This document shows, one piece after another, positions 26,575-40,163 of a stretch of 64,000 nucleotides of DNA. Origin of the DNA: the human T2T-CHM13v2.0 reference genome, Homo sapiens; assembly GCF_009914755.1 (NCBI RefSeq), contig NC_060929.1; one strand, written 5' to 3'. The position numbers and the translations under genes were made by a program. The first letter of the stretch is position 1. Every line of letters begins with the position of its first letter. The notes beneath the pieces are model-generated. The model was not told the DNA's origin. It worked only from the letters and a program-made list of their open reading frames with translations, and did no database searches.

Positions 26575-27319
26575 GAGATGCTAGAGCTTGGTGGGGGAAG
26601 GGGCGTCTGCTATTGCTGAGGCTTGAGTAGGGGGTTTTACCCTCATGGTGTAAACAAAGCCACAGGGAATTTCGAACTGGGGAGAGCCCATGGCAGCTCA
26701 GCAAGGCCTCTGTGGCCAGACTGCCTCTCTAGATTTCCTCCTTTCTGGGCAGAGCATCTCTTGAAAAAAAAGGCATCAACCCTAGTCAGGGACTTATAGA
26801 TAAAATCCCCATCTCCCTGGGACACAGAACCTCGGAGAAGGGGCGGCTATGGGTGCAGCTTCAGCAGACCTAAACATCCCTACCTGACAGCTCTGAAGAG
26901 AGCAGTGGATCTCCCAGCACAGAATTTGACCTTCTGATAAGGCACAGACTGCCTTCTCAAGTGGGTTCCTAAACCCCATGTGTCCTGACTGGGAGACACC
27001 TCCCAGAAGGGGCTGACAGACAACTCATACTGGACAGCTCTTGCTGGAATCTGGTGGGTGACCCTCTGGAACGAACCTTCCAGAGGAAGGAACAGACAGC
27101 AATCTTTGCTGTTCTGCAGCCTCCGCTGGTGATAACCAGGCAAACAGGGTCTGGAGTGGACCTCCAGCAAACTCCAGCAGACCTGCAGAAGAGAGGCCTG
27201 ACTGTTGGAAGGAAAACTAACAAACAGAAAGGAATAGCATCAATATCAACAAAAAAGACAACCACTCAGAGACCCCATCTGAAGGTCACCAACATCACAG
27301 ACCAAAGGTAGATAAATCG

Positions 27320-28357
27320 ATGAAGATCAGGAAAAACCAGCACAAAAAGGCTGAAAACTCCAAAAACCAGAATGCCTCTTCTCCTCCAAAAGATCACAAC
27401 TCCTTGCCAGCAAGAGAACAAGACTGGATGGAGAATGAGTTTGACGAATTGACAGAAGTAGGCTTCAGAAGGTGGGTAGTAACAAACTCCTCTGAGCTAA
27501 TGGAGCATGTTCTAACCCAATGCAAGAAAGCTAAGAACCTGAAAAAAGGTTAGTCGAATTGCTAACTAGAATAACCAGTTTAGAGAAGAATATAAATGAA
27601 CTGATATAGCTGAAAAACACAGCACGAGAACTTTGTGAAACATACACAAGTATCAATACCTGAATCAATCAAGCAGAAGGAAGGCTATCAGAGACTGGAG
27701 ATCAACTTAATGAAATAAAGTGTGAATACAAGATTAGAGAAAAAGAGTAAAAAGAAACAAACAAAGCCTCCAAGAAGTATAGGACTATGTGAAAAGACCA
27801 AACCTATGTTTGATTGGTGTACCTGAAAGTGATGGGGAAAATGGAACCAAGTTGGAAAACACTCTTTAGGATATTATCCAGGAGAACTTCCCCTTCCCCA
27901 ACCTAGCAAGACAGGCCAACATTCAAATTCAGGAAATACAGAGAACACCATAAAGTATTCCTCGAGAAGAGCAACCCCAAGACATATAATCATCAGATTC
28001 ACCCAAGGTGGAAATGAAGGAAAAAATGTTAAGGGCAGCCAGAGAGAAAGGTTGGGTTATCCACAAAGGGAAGCCCATCAGACTAACAGTGGATCTCTCT
28101 GCAGAAACCCTACAAGCCAGAAAAGAGTGGGGGCCAATATTCAACATTCTTAAAGAAAAGATTTTTCAACCCAGAATTTCATATCCAGCCAAAGTAAGCT
28201 TCGTAGGTGAAGGAGAAAAAAAAAATCCTTTACAGTCAAGAAAATGCTGAGAGATTTTGTCACCACCAGGCCTGCCTTACAAGAGCTCCTGAAGGAAGCA
28301 CTAAACATGGAAAGGAACAACTGGCACCAGCCACCGCAAAAACATACCACATTGTAA
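27320..28357 (+). pseudogene. L1 ORF1p remnant (stops and frameshifts)
   Basis: RKNQHKKAENSKNQNASSPPKD...; MKEKMLRAAREKG...WGPIFNILKEK split across frames. Confidence 0.93.
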
Positions 28358-28420
28358 AGACCATTGATGCTATGAAGAAACTGCATCAACTAATGGGCAA
28401 AATAACTAGCTAGCATCATA

Positions 28421-31400
28421 ATGACAGGATCAAATTCACACACAACATTAACCTTAAATGTAAATGGGCTAAACGCCCCAATTAAAAGATACATACTGGC
28501 AAGTTGGATAAAGAGTCAAGACCCATTGGTGTGCTGTATTCAGGAGACCCATCTCACATGTAGAGACACACATAGGCTCAAAATAAAGGGACAGAGGAAT
28601 ATTTATCAAGCAAATGAAAAGAAAAAAAAAAAAAGCAGGACTTGTAATCCTAGTCTCTGATAAAACAGACTTTAAACCAACAAAAATCAAAGAGACAAAG
28701 CCATTACATAATGGTAAAGGGATCAATGCAACAAGAAGAACTAACTATCCTAAATATATGTGTACCCAATACAGGAGCACCACCCAGATTCATAAAGGAA
28801 GTTCTTAGAGACCTACAAAGAGACTTAGACTCCCACACAGTGAGAGACTTTAACACCCCACTGTCAACACTAGACAGATCACTGAAACAGAAAATTAACA
28901 AGGATATCCAGGACTTGAACTCACCTCTTTACCAAGCAGACCTAATAGACATCTACGGAACTCTCCACCCCAAATCAACAGAATATACTTTCTTATCAGC
29001 ACATTGTACTTACTCTAAAAATGACCCCACAATTGGAGGTAAAACACTCCTCAGCAAATGCAAAAGAACAGAAATCATAACAGTCTCTCAGACCACAGTG
29101 CAATCAAATTAGAACTCAGGATTAAGAAACTCACTCAAAACTGCACAACTACATGGAAACCAAATAAACTGCTGCTGAATGACTACTGGGTAAATAACGA
29201 AATGAAGGCAGAAATAAAGATGTTCTTTGAAACCAATGAGAACAAAGACAAAATGTACCAGAATCTCTGGGACACATTTAACGCAATGTGTAGAAAAAAA
29301 AATTATAGCCCTAAATGCCCACAAGAGAAAGCAGGAAAGATCTAAAATCGACACCCTCACATCACAATTAAAAGAACTAGAGAAGCAAGAGCAAACAAAT
29401 TCAAAGGCTAGCAAAAGACAAGAAATAATTAAGATCAGAGCAGAACTGAAGAAGACAGAGACATGAAAAGCCTTTCAAAAAAAAATCAATGAATCCAGGA
29501 GGTGCTTTTCTGAAAAGATCAACAAAATAGATAGACTGCTAGCTAGGCTAATAAAGAAGAAAAGAGAGAAGAATCAAATAGATGCAATAAAAAATGATAA
29601 AAGGGATATCACCACTGATCCAACAGAAAAACAAACTATAATCAGAATACTATAAACACTTCTTCACATATAAACTAGAAAATCTAGAAGAAATGGATAA
29701 ATTCCTGGACACATACACCCTCCCAAGACTAAACCAGGAAGAAGTCAAATCACTGAATAGACAAATAACAACCTCTGAAATTGAGGCAGTAATTAATAGC
29801 CTACCAACCAAAAAAAGTCCAGGACCAGATGGATTCACAGCCAAATTATTCCAGAGGTACAAAGAGGAGCTGGTACTGTTCCTTCTGAAACTATGCCAAA
29901 CAATAGAAAAAGAGGGAATCCCCCTGCTAACTCATTTTATGAGGTCAGCATCATCCTGATACCAAAACCTGGCAGAGACAACAAAAAAAGAAAATTTTAG
30001 GCCAATATCCCTGATAACCATTGATGTGAAAATCCTCAATAAAATACTGGCAAACCAAATCCAGCAGCACATCAAAAAGCTTATCCACCATGATCAAGTT
30101 GGCTTCATCCCTGGGATGCAAGGCTGGTTCAACATACGCAAATCGATAAACATAATCCATTACATAAACAGAACCAATGATAAAAACCACACGATTATCT
30201 CAATACATTCAGAAAAGGCTTTCAACAAAATTCAAAACCCCTTCATGCTAAAAACTCTCAATACACTAGGTATTGATGGCATGTATCTCAAAATAATAAG
30301 AGCTATTTATGACAAACCCACAGCCAATATCATACTGAATGGGCAAAAACTGGAAGCATTCCCTTTGAAAACTGGCACAAGACAGGGATGCCCTCTCTCA
30401 CCACTCCTATTCAACGTAGTGTTGAAAGTTCCGGCCAGGGCAATCAGTCAAGAGAAAGAAATAAAGGGTATTCAATTAGGAAAAAAGGAAGTCAAATTAT
30501 CTCTGCAGATGAAATGATTGTATATTTAGAAGACTCCATAATCTCAGCCCAAAATGTCCTTAAGCTGATAAGCAACTTCAGCAAAGTCTCAGAATACAAA
30601 ATCAATGTGCAAAAATCACAAGCATTCTTATACACCAATAATAGACAAAGAGCCTAATCATGAGTGAACTCCCATTCACAATTGCTACAAAGAGAATAAA
30701 ATACCTAGGAACACAACTTATAAAGGATGTGAAGAACTTCTTCAAGGAGAACTACAAACCACTGCTTAAGGAAATAAGAGAGGACACAAACAAATGGGAA
30801 AACATTCCATGATAATGGATAAGAAGAATCAATATCATCAAAATGGCCATACTGCCCAAAGTAATTTATAGGTTCAATGCTATCCCCATCAAGCTACCAT
30901 TGACTTTCTTCACAGAATTGGAAAAAAAAACTACTTTAAAGTTCATATGGAACCAAAAAAGAGCCCATGGAGCCAAGACAATCCTAAGCAAAAAGAACAA
31001 AGCTGGAGGCATCACACTACCTGACTTCAAACAATACTACAAGGCTGCAGTAACCAAAACAGCACGGTACTAGTATCAAAACAGATATATAGACCAATGG
31101 AACACAACAGAGGCCTAAGAAATAACACCACACATCTACACCATCTGATCTTTGACAAACCTGACAAAAACAAGCAATGGGTAAACGATTCCCTATTAAT
31201 AAATGGTGTTGGGAAAACTGGCTGTCCATATGCAGACAGCTGAAACTGGATCTCTTCCTTACACCTTACACAAAAATTAACTCAAGATGGATTAAAGACT
31301 TAAATCTACAACCTAAAACCATAAAATCCCTAGAAGAAAACCTAGGCAATACCATTCAGGACATAGGCATGGGCAAAGACTTCATGACTAAAACACAAAA

Positions 31401-32227
31401 AGCAATGGCAACAAAACCCAAAATTGACAAAGGGGATCTAATTAAACTAAAGAGCTTCTCTGCACAGGAAAATAAACTATCATTGGAGTGAACAGACAAC
31501 CTACAGAATGGGAGAAAATTTTTGCAATCTATCCATCTGACAAAGGGCTAATATCCAGAATCTACAAAGAACTTAAACAAATTTACAAGAAAAAAACAAC
31601 CCCATCTAAAAGTGGGTGAAGGATATGATCAGACACTTCTCAAAAGAAGACATTTATGCAGCCAACAAACATATGAAAAAAAGGCCATCATCACTGGTCA
31701 TTAGAGAAATGCAAATCAAAACCACAATGAGATACCATCTCATGCCATTTGGAATGGCAATCATTAAAAAGTCAGGAAACAACAGATGCTGGAGAGGATG
31801 TGGGGAAACAGGAACACTTTTACACTGTTGGTGAGAGTGTAAATTAGTTCAACCATTGTGGAGAACAGTGTGGCAATTTCTCAGGGAGGTAGAACTAGAA
31901 ATACCATTTAACCCAGCAATCCCATTACTGGGTATATACCCAAAGGATTATAAATCATTCTACTATAAAGACACATGCACCCATATATTTATTGCGGCAC
32001 TGTTCACGATAGCAAAGACTTGGAACCAACACAAATGCCCATCAATGATAGACTGGATAAAGAAAATGTGGTACATATACACCATGGAATACTATGCTGC
32101 CATAAAAAAGGATGAGTTCATGTCCTTTGCAGGGACATGGATGAAGCTGGAAATCATCATTCTCAGTAAACTAACACAAGAACAGAAAACCAAACACCGC
32201 ATGTTCTCACTCATAAGTAGGAGTTGA
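28421..32227 (+). pseudogene. L1 ORF2p (endonuclease/reverse transcriptase) remnant, many frameshifts
   Basis: MTGSNSHT.LTLNVNGLNAPIKR; SPGPDGFTA; [14 protein letters not shown]; ...KHRMFSLISRS, spread over many ORF fragments. Confidence 0.95.
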
Positions 32228-32469
32228 ACAAAGAGAACACATGGACACAAGGAGGGGAACATCACACACTGGGGCTTGTTGTGGGGGTGGGGGGCTAGGG
32301 GAGGTATAGCATTAGGAGAAATACCTAATGTAGATAACCAGTTGGTGGGTGCAGCAAACCATCATGGCACATGTATACCTATGTAACAAACCTGCACGTT
32401 CTGCACATGTACCTCAGAACTTAAAGTATAAAAAAAAGAATTATTTTTAACTTCTTTAACTTTCATTAT

Positions 32470-32774
<305 letters not shown>

Positions 32775-32934
32775 AACTTTCATTATGTTTTATAACACAG
32801 CATTATAAAACTAAATATTTTGAACAAAATATGTGAACCAAAAGTTCAGGCAGAAAAAAAACAAAAAGAGCATAAGATCTGAAATGAAGATATGCATAAG
32901 TGGTAAAGAAGCAGAAGAAGATTTTGAAAATATC

Positions 32935-33130
32935 TTGGAATTTGGGGGTCAGAAAACGTGAATTTGTGTCCTAGATTAGCCACCTATTTGCCTAATGATC
33001 CAATCACATAAAATCTGTAAGCCATTGTTACTTCACTTATTTATGAAAGTGTGACACCTTTCACTGTATACTATCTCACAAGGCTGCTTCGAGAAGGGTA
33101 TAATTGGATGGGAACGTGTGTAGAGAAACT
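32935..33130 (+). mobile_element. MIR SINE remnant
   Basis: TTTGGGGGTCAGAAAACGTGAATTTGTGTCCTAG...CTATCTCACAAGGCTGCTTCGAGAAG. Confidence 0.5.
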
Positions 33131-33232
33131 TAACAGAACTAGTAATTATTCATACGTTCAAGAAGTTTGGTACTAATGGGAAAATGAGAGCTGGCACAGA
33201 ATTTGAAAAGATGGGAAGATTTTTTGGGATGG

Positions 33233-33659
33233 AGCTAGGGATTGAATTATGTCATCCTAAAATTTATAGTTTGAAGTCTTAACCTCCAATACTTCCGAAT
33301 CTGACCTTATTTGCAAGTAGGGTAATTGTAGCTGTAATTACTGTTAAGATGAGGTCATACTAGAGTAGGGTGGGCCCTAATCCAATATGACTGTTGTTCT
33401 TATAAAAAGGGGGAAATTTGGACACAGACACAGACACATACAGAAGGTAAACATTATGAAGGGGCATAGAGAGAATATGGCCATCTACAAGCCAAGGTGA
33501 GAAGCCTGGAACAGGTCTTTTCCTCGTAGCCCTCGGAAGGAACCAACCCTGCCAATACCTTGATTTTAGACTTCTAGCTTCCAGAACTGTGAGACTTTCT
33601 GTTGCTTAAGTCACCCAGTTTGTGGTGCTTTGTTATGGTAGTCCTAGCACACTAACGCA
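33233..33659 (+). mobile_element. MaLR solo LTR (MLT1B-like)
   Basis: TTAAGATGAGGTCATACTAGAGTAGGGTGGGCCCTAATCCAATATGACTG...GAAGGAACCAACCCTGCC...CTTCCAGAACTGTGAGA; 5-bp TSD GATGG / GATGA. Confidence 0.92.
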
Positions 33660-33843
33660 GATGAGAGAGTCTATGCCAGTCTCTAGGCTGAGGAAAATAA
33701 CCAAAGAATGGGAAGAAGCTGAAAATGAAAGGTGTGTGTGGGTGGGTGAAGAGGAGGGAAGATTTATGACAGAGCACATTTCTAAGGTGGGTTGAAGGCT
33801 GAGAATGAGAGCTTAGGATTGGACATTTAAAAAAAATAATATA

Positions 33844-34163
33844 GGCTGGGGGCAGTGACTCACATCTAATCCCAGCACTTTGGGAGGCTAAGGCGGGTGG
33901 ATCACCTGAGATCAGGAGTTCGAGACCAGCTTGGCCAATATGGTGAAACCGTATCTCTATCAAAGATACAAAAAAATTAGCTGGGCATTTTGTCACATGC
34001 CTGTAGTCCCAGCTACTCAGGAGGCTGAGGCAGGAGAATTGCTTGAACCTGGGAGGTGGAGGTTGCAGTGAGCCGAGATACACCACTGCACTCCAGCCTG
34101 GGCAGCAAGAGCAAAACTCCATCTAAAAAATAAAATGAAATAAAAATAAAAATAAAATAAAAA
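33844..34163 (+). mobile_element. Alu (AluSq-like) SINE with (AAAAT)n tail
   Basis: Two-arm Alu, GGCAGCAAGAGCAAAACTCC, tail evolved into a pentanucleotide repeat. Confidence 0.95.
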
Positions 34164-35299
34164 GTAAATACGAAGAAAGCTTCTTTCTCAAATTGGAGTT
34201 CAGGAAAAGAGGAAAAGCGTGAAAGTATTATTTAGGAGCCAGTACCATAACGCTTTCTTGCTATTATTCATCCTTTGTAAAGTTTTGTCCTGTAACCTCC
34301 ATTAGATTACATGTCTCCTGAGGAGACAGAATGTCCTCAGATTTCATTTTATTTTTCTTATCATTTTCACACAAGGCTGGAACGTATGAGATGTTTACTA
34401 AATAATATTGACCAACTGCAATATTTTGAACATGACTCAACAGCTAAAGCGGTTCCATATCAATTTCTGCTTAAATATATAACTACTACACTATAACAAT
34501 AAAAAAGAAAAAACAGCAATAATTTAAGAATAACAGTACACAGGAAGACAGATTCACAAACATAAAGAAAATAACTTTTAAATTTTCCCATCTACTTGGG
34601 TATTTTATGGAAAATAAAACTATTAATATGACGATAAGAGTTCTAGCGATAAAGTCAGTTCCTTCGTTCAACTATTTATGGTGCATATTACTTCACATGC
34701 GGCTTCAGTGGTGGCACCTCTTCATTTAATTTTTTTGACATAGGGAGTAAACAATAGATTCACATATACCTGCTATCCCACCATCATTATTTTAAAAAGG
34801 TGAATTTCTCTAGCAGAATGACAGAGCCAGTTATGGTAGCTAATGATTGCTGGTCCCTGAAATTATTCTGTGAACAATATTATAAATGAAATCATAGAAG
34901 TCATATCTTGTCCCATGAGGACACTCACATCACTGATGATAGGCCCATCTTAGCACTTCTGACTGTTATCAGTAATGAAAGTTGGCTGCCAATTTATGTA
35001 TGGCAATTCCAAGCTAAGCTGTATATTGAATGATGCATTTGTTTCCCATCAAGGTGCCTGGCACAGCACTATCGGAAGTTAGAGTGTGTTATTCCCTCAT
35101 ACATCAAAGTCTGCTTGCCAGTGTTTTATTTATTGACCTGTCCAACTCCTTTTCCATGATTGATCACTTTTGCCACCCAAAGCTTTTCCCTGTTACCCTG
35201 CCATAGCGAAGTTCTCGACAATGCTTTGGAAATAAAAGTCCCCTTTACTCTTTCCCTGAGAAAATCTTTACTTTCAAAGGAACAAAGGGCATCCAGGAC

Positions 35300-35780
35300 T
35301 GTGACAGAGGATGCTTTTGCTGCCTAATCTCCATTTTTGTCTCCTTTATTACAAAGGAAACCCCTATTTAGTTTTGGGGTGCAATGTACCCACCTTCACA
35401 TTTAATTTCCCAGGTTTAGTTGCTTTGTGATCTAACTGACCAAAGTAATATAAGCAGTGCTTCACTGACTGGAGCTTATAGGAAATTAGTGTTTTTTCTC
35501 ATAAAAAGGGACAAACCCTCTAGCATTTACCTTGCCTTTCTCTGTTCCTGCTTTTTTCCCTGGTGTGTGATCACTCTATATGATATTGGAATAAAATTTT
35601 GTGAAAATAAGGATGAAACTAGCCAGCAAGGCTGCTGATGACTAGGTCTTTTAGGTATTTCTAGGAGCCAAATTACTAGCTCTGGTTATCTCTGAACTTC
35701 TTGAGAAAAATTGTACCTTGTTACACTTAAAGTCACTGGCATCTAGGTTTTCTGCCTCAGAAAGATGAATGCCATCCTAA
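35300..35780 (+). mobile_element. Old LTR remnant (MLT1K/L or LTR33-like)
   Basis: TGTGACAGAGG start, CTGACCAAAGTAATATAAGCAG, CTCTGAACTTCTTG...TTAAAGTCACTG...CATCCTAA end. Confidence 0.45.
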
Positions 35781-37020
35781 AGGGGTTGACAGATCTACAG
35801 TGTAGGTGCAACTATTCCAGAATAGCTAGGCTTTGTAATGATATATTGTGTCAGAAAGGGCAGTGACTTTTTCAACCAATCACCTTCAAGATTAAACTAC
35901 TATATTTTCAGAATTGTAACTTGCAGACTTTGGATTGCTAAAAATTGTTTATATAAGGAAATTAGGTCTGATTTCCTCTTCCTTTCTGTGATTGAACATG
36001 TTACAAAAATCTGACATCTTAATTTTGATAACATAGATATCTTCAGGTCTATCCACTTTCAGCATGATATTAACAAGGTACGTTGGGCTTCTTTCTCTGC
36101 ATAGCCCAAGTCATGCTTTGCCTATAACTGAATCCTCAGAGAGATTCATCGTGACAAATTCAAGAGTGTAAAAGGGAAGAAAGAGGGAGAGAAAAAAGAA
36201 AGAGTTAGGTAATAATAGACGGTTGACGTTTCCACTTTCAGTAACTCAGACTAATAACTCTTTGTCAAAAACACAGGGAGAGATATATAGGGAGAAAGAC
36301 AGATAGATAAATAGATATAGATACATATACACTATATAAAAGGTTTGTTTCCTTATAACATGATATGCATTGACAAATAAAAGCACTACTATTCATTTTG
36401 TTACTGAATTGCACCTTTAAATATAAAATTAATTATAGTATGGATCATGCAAGTATATGAATCATTAAATATCTATGTAATTTGGAGATGATCTTCATCT
36501 GAATTTCTTTTTAAGAATTATGAACAAAAAATCTTCATTCAATTTTTGAAGAATGCTCTAGCCAAGCAGTTACTGGAAAATCATTGATATATTAATTATA
36601 AGGAAGTGTAACCAACCACATAATGCAGCCTTTTTGAATGACCAGCCTCTGGAACCTAAGCCTGCTGGAGGGAGTAATCACTTGCAAACCATGGCACATT
36701 TCACCTTATTGATAACTACAGGCACCTATGTAGATACAAATAAAAATAATTCAAAATAAATTCAAAATAAACACTATGATGGAAGTACAAAAATCTATAA
36801 GATATACAAGAAAGCAATTTGTTGATTCTTATGTCCTCCTAGAGGTTCTGCTTTACTATAAGTGATTACTGAATATGAGATAGACTGTAGACAGAATTAT
36901 GAAGTGAAATTTGCATTGATTGCTTCTAGTTTGTCCCCATTTATTCCTGCTGTCTCATTTTCTGCTTCCCTCACATATTCAAAGCCTGCAATCTAATCTA
37001 TCCCCTATCCCATATCCATC

Positions 37021-37316
37021 TTTTTTTTTTTTCTTTAGATGGAGCTCACTCTGTCACCTAGGCTGGGGTGCAGTGGTGCCATCTTGGCTCACTGCAACCT
37101 CTGCCTCCCGAGTTCAAGCAATTCTCCCTGCCACAGTCTCCCGAGTAGCTGGGACTACTGGTGCCTGCCATGATGCCCGGCTAATTTTTGTGTTTTTGGT
37201 AGAGATGACGTTTCACCATGTTGGCCAGGCTGTTCTCAACTCCTCACCTCAAGTGATTCACCTGCTTAAGCCTCCCAAATTTCTGGAATTACAGGCATGA
37301 GCCACCATGCCCAGCC
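37021..37316 (-). mobile_element. Alu (old AluS/J) SINE
   Basis: Poly-T, AGATGGAGCTCACTCTGTCACCTAGGCTGG...CACCATGCCCAGCC. Confidence 0.95.
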
Positions 37317-37619
37317 ATCTCTCAAACCCATTTTTAACATGCTAACTTAAATCCTTTATTCCTATGAAGGCAAAAATGATTGATAACATCTAAAATCTTC
37401 CTCTCCTTGGGGCAGTTGAATTTTAATAATGACTAAGATCTAGAGTGAAATGGAAGAAAGGTATTCCAGCCAAGAACCTTGAAGTAGCCCCACTACACCT
37501 AGGTTTAAATAACCACTTAAAATATGAAAGGAAGATATACCTTTTGATAGCATAATATTAATTATTCAACTCGGAGAGGAATGAAGACAGAGATTTTATC
37601 AATGTCTGTAATAAATACT

Positions 37620-38179
37620 TATCTTTTTCAGGTGTTTATTTTTGTGTGTAACAAACTGCAAATGTAGATGTTTAAAACAACTTATTATTTCTGACGATTC
37701 TGTGGTTGACACCTGGGTGATCTGTTCTGGGGACCCTCATGCAGTCATAGTCAGATGGAGGCTGAGCCTGGAGTCATCTAAAGGCTTATCTTGGCTGCAT
37801 ATTAAAAATGGGTTACTAATATAGCTGGTGATTAATGGTGACTGTCCACTGGAAGCCCAGGTAAGTTTGCTGACTAAAGAACCTACGTATGTCTGAAGAA
37901 CTCTCCACGTGTATTGGGTTTCCTTAGAACGGTTTGGTTGCAAAAGGAGGATCCCAAAAATAAGTATTCCAGGAGACACAGAGAAGCTATGAAGCTTCTT
38001 TTAACTTAGCCCCAGAAGTCACAGAATTTCACTTCTGCCATATTCTATTGGTCAAATAGCCCACATGCAAGACAGGTTATTAGACTTTATCTTTTGATGT
38101 GGGAGTAGCAAGATCACATTAAGAACATTTGAGATGAGATATATTTTAGGCTATCTTAGGAAAATATAGTCTTCCCCAT
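37620..38179 (-). mobile_element. MaLR LTR (MLT1H-like)
   Basis: TGTGTAACAAAC...TTAAAACAAC...GATTCTGTGG...CAGAAGTCACAGAATTTCACTTCTGCCATATTCTATTGGTCAA. Confidence 0.8.
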
Positions 38180-38534
38180 CCTCTGTGATGAGAGTGCTCA
38201 TTGTTTTGTAATATAGATTCTCTCATTCCTTTAAAGAATAATTCTGAGAGTTATAACTGGGTCCATAGCTATTTCACTAAAAACAGTTTCTAGCTCTCTT
38301 TTTTTTTAAAGTTATAACAAGTTAAAAGTTTATTTTATTTTTTAATTAATTAATTTATTTATTTATTATAGCCCTGAGACTAAGTTCCAGCCAAGGAATG
38401 TGAATGGAAATGATATGCACATTTTCCAGACCATTTCTTAAAGCAAAGTTTGTTGACTGTCATTGACTTCTCTCACCCTGTTTCTACTAGCTTAGAAATG
38501 ATGAAGATCAGAGCAATCATAGGAGCCCCACTTG

Positions 38535-38833
38535 TTTTTTTTTTTTTTTTTTTTGAGACAGAGTCTCGCTTTGTCACCCAGGCTGGAGTGCAGTGGCATG
38601 ATCTTGGCTTACTGCAACCTCCACCTCCTGGGTTCAAGCAATACTCTGCCTCAACCTCCTGAATAGCTGGGATTACAGGCGTCCGCCACCACACCCAGCT
38701 AATTTTTGTATTTGTAGTAGAGATCGGGTTTCACCATCTTGGCCAGGCTGGTCTTGAACTCCTAACCTCATGATCCACCCGCCTTGGCCTCCCAAAGTGC
38801 TGGGATTACAGGCATGAGTCACCATGCACAGCC
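38535..38833 (-). mobile_element. Alu (AluSg-like) SINE inside an old MLT1-like fragment (about 38190-38930)
   Basis: GAACTCCTAACCTCATGATCC diagnostic; TSD AGGAGCCCCA at 38521-38530 and 38834-38843. Confidence 0.95.
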
Positions 38834-39266
38834 AGGAGCCCCATTTTAATGACAATGGAGTCTCTCTACTACCCCTGAGCTTTGTATCTTGGAATTGTTT
38901 CATAAGAGAAGAATAATGTATGCATTCCATTCTATACTCTGCCTATTCCTAGCCTAATTTGCCCACTACCAGGCACAATACCTATCTATCTTGATCAAGA
39001 AATTGTATCGATAGATCTTTTCATCATAGCAGCTTATGCCACTTTTAGATTTGGTACCTTCATATACTATTTTCCAAGCCTCTAGAGTAATTATACACTA
39101 TTATATGACAAATTTTCTGGATTAGGCTGAAATCCACTAAGGTAGGAGATGGTGATACAGTAAATAATAGTGTTACTAACCTATAAAGTAAATAACATAT
39201 ATGTTTACTTTTAAAAGTTAACTTGCTCTACCAGCAATAATTTACTCTTCACCAATCACTAATAAC

Positions 39267-39351
39267 TTTAAAGCTTATTGCTCATAACAATTTTCCCAGA
39301 GGGTGTAGGCAAATATTGTTGGTGTAGGCACAGAAAGAATGGGGAGAAAAA
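39267..39351 (+). repeat. Copy 1 of an 85-bp dispersed direct repeat
   Basis: CTCATAACAATTTTCCCAGAGGGTGTAGGCAAATAT...AGAAAGAATGGGGAGAAAAA, repeated at 40049-40134. Confidence 0.93.
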
Positions 39352-39979
39352 AATAGAATTTTTCAAGTTGAAGGCAAATTCAATTTTATGAACTCAAAAT
39401 TATGATCTTGTTTAAACTCTAAGCAATTATTACTGATGTTTCTGTTTATAAAATTATAAAAAATTCTGTTTAAATATATTTCCTACAATTGAAATTTTCT
39501 TTAATAATGCTGTAGAATATATGCTTGACTTGCTAAAATTTCACCTGTATTTAGATTTCCTCTACACATCTTTTAATCTTCTTTGCCAAGCATATTAGGA
39601 GGAGATAAGCTTTGTTGATGCCATCGTTAATTGAGAAAAAAATAATCTGTTAACTTTGTAACTGCAAATGGAAGCTGTGTAGTTCTTCAGAAAAGAGATT
39701 AGTGATACATGCATTTCCTTACTTCAGAGATAACAGTTTAAATTTTAACTATGTCATGTAAGCTATAAATATTTCACTTTAAAATTAGAATTTAAAAAAT
39801 AAGGAATTTCAAGAGAGCTGACTTAGGCCTTGGACATCTGAGTAGACGTAACAAATCAACAAAGGAATAAAATTGTATGAATTTCATTCTATATTCTGCC
39901 TATACCTACCTGAATTTGCCCACCTCCTAACACAATTTCTGTCTGTCTGTCATCTATCTATCTCTCACTCAGTCTCTAT

Positions 39980-40163
39980 CTACACACACACAATATGTAT
40001 GTATGTATGTGTATATATATGTGTGTGTGTGTGTGTATACACATATATTTTAAAAGTTTATTTCTCATAACAATTTTCCCAGAGGGTGTAGGCAAATATG
40101 GTTTGTATGGGCAGAGAAAGAATGGGGAGAAAAATCATATATACACACACACATATATATATA
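39980..40163. repeat. Compound (TA)/(TG)/(CA) microsatellite containing copy 2 (40049-40134) of the 85-bp repeat
   Basis: TATATATGTGTGTGTG...[copy]...ATATATACACACACACATATATAT. Confidence 0.9.

Larger units (their letters stand above)
26159..32435 (+). mobile_element. Full-length L1PA7-like LINE-1 (inactive)
   Basis: 5'UTR with CAAGATGGCC YY1 site, ORF1, ORF2 (EN, RT, C-terminal), 3'UTR and poly-A; 13-bp TSD AAGAATTATTTTT at 26146-26158 and 32436-32448. Confidence 0.97.

Noticed and set aside
32271-32301. G-rich G4 motif
   Set aside because: Standard L1 3'UTR polypurine tract, not locus-specific
26159-32435. Potentially active LINE-1
   Set aside because: ORF1 and ORF2 are broken by many stops and frameshifts; old subfamily
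34695-34720. CTCF-like motif TTCAGTGGTGGCAC
   Set aside because: Only a partial match to the core; unsupported without ChIP data
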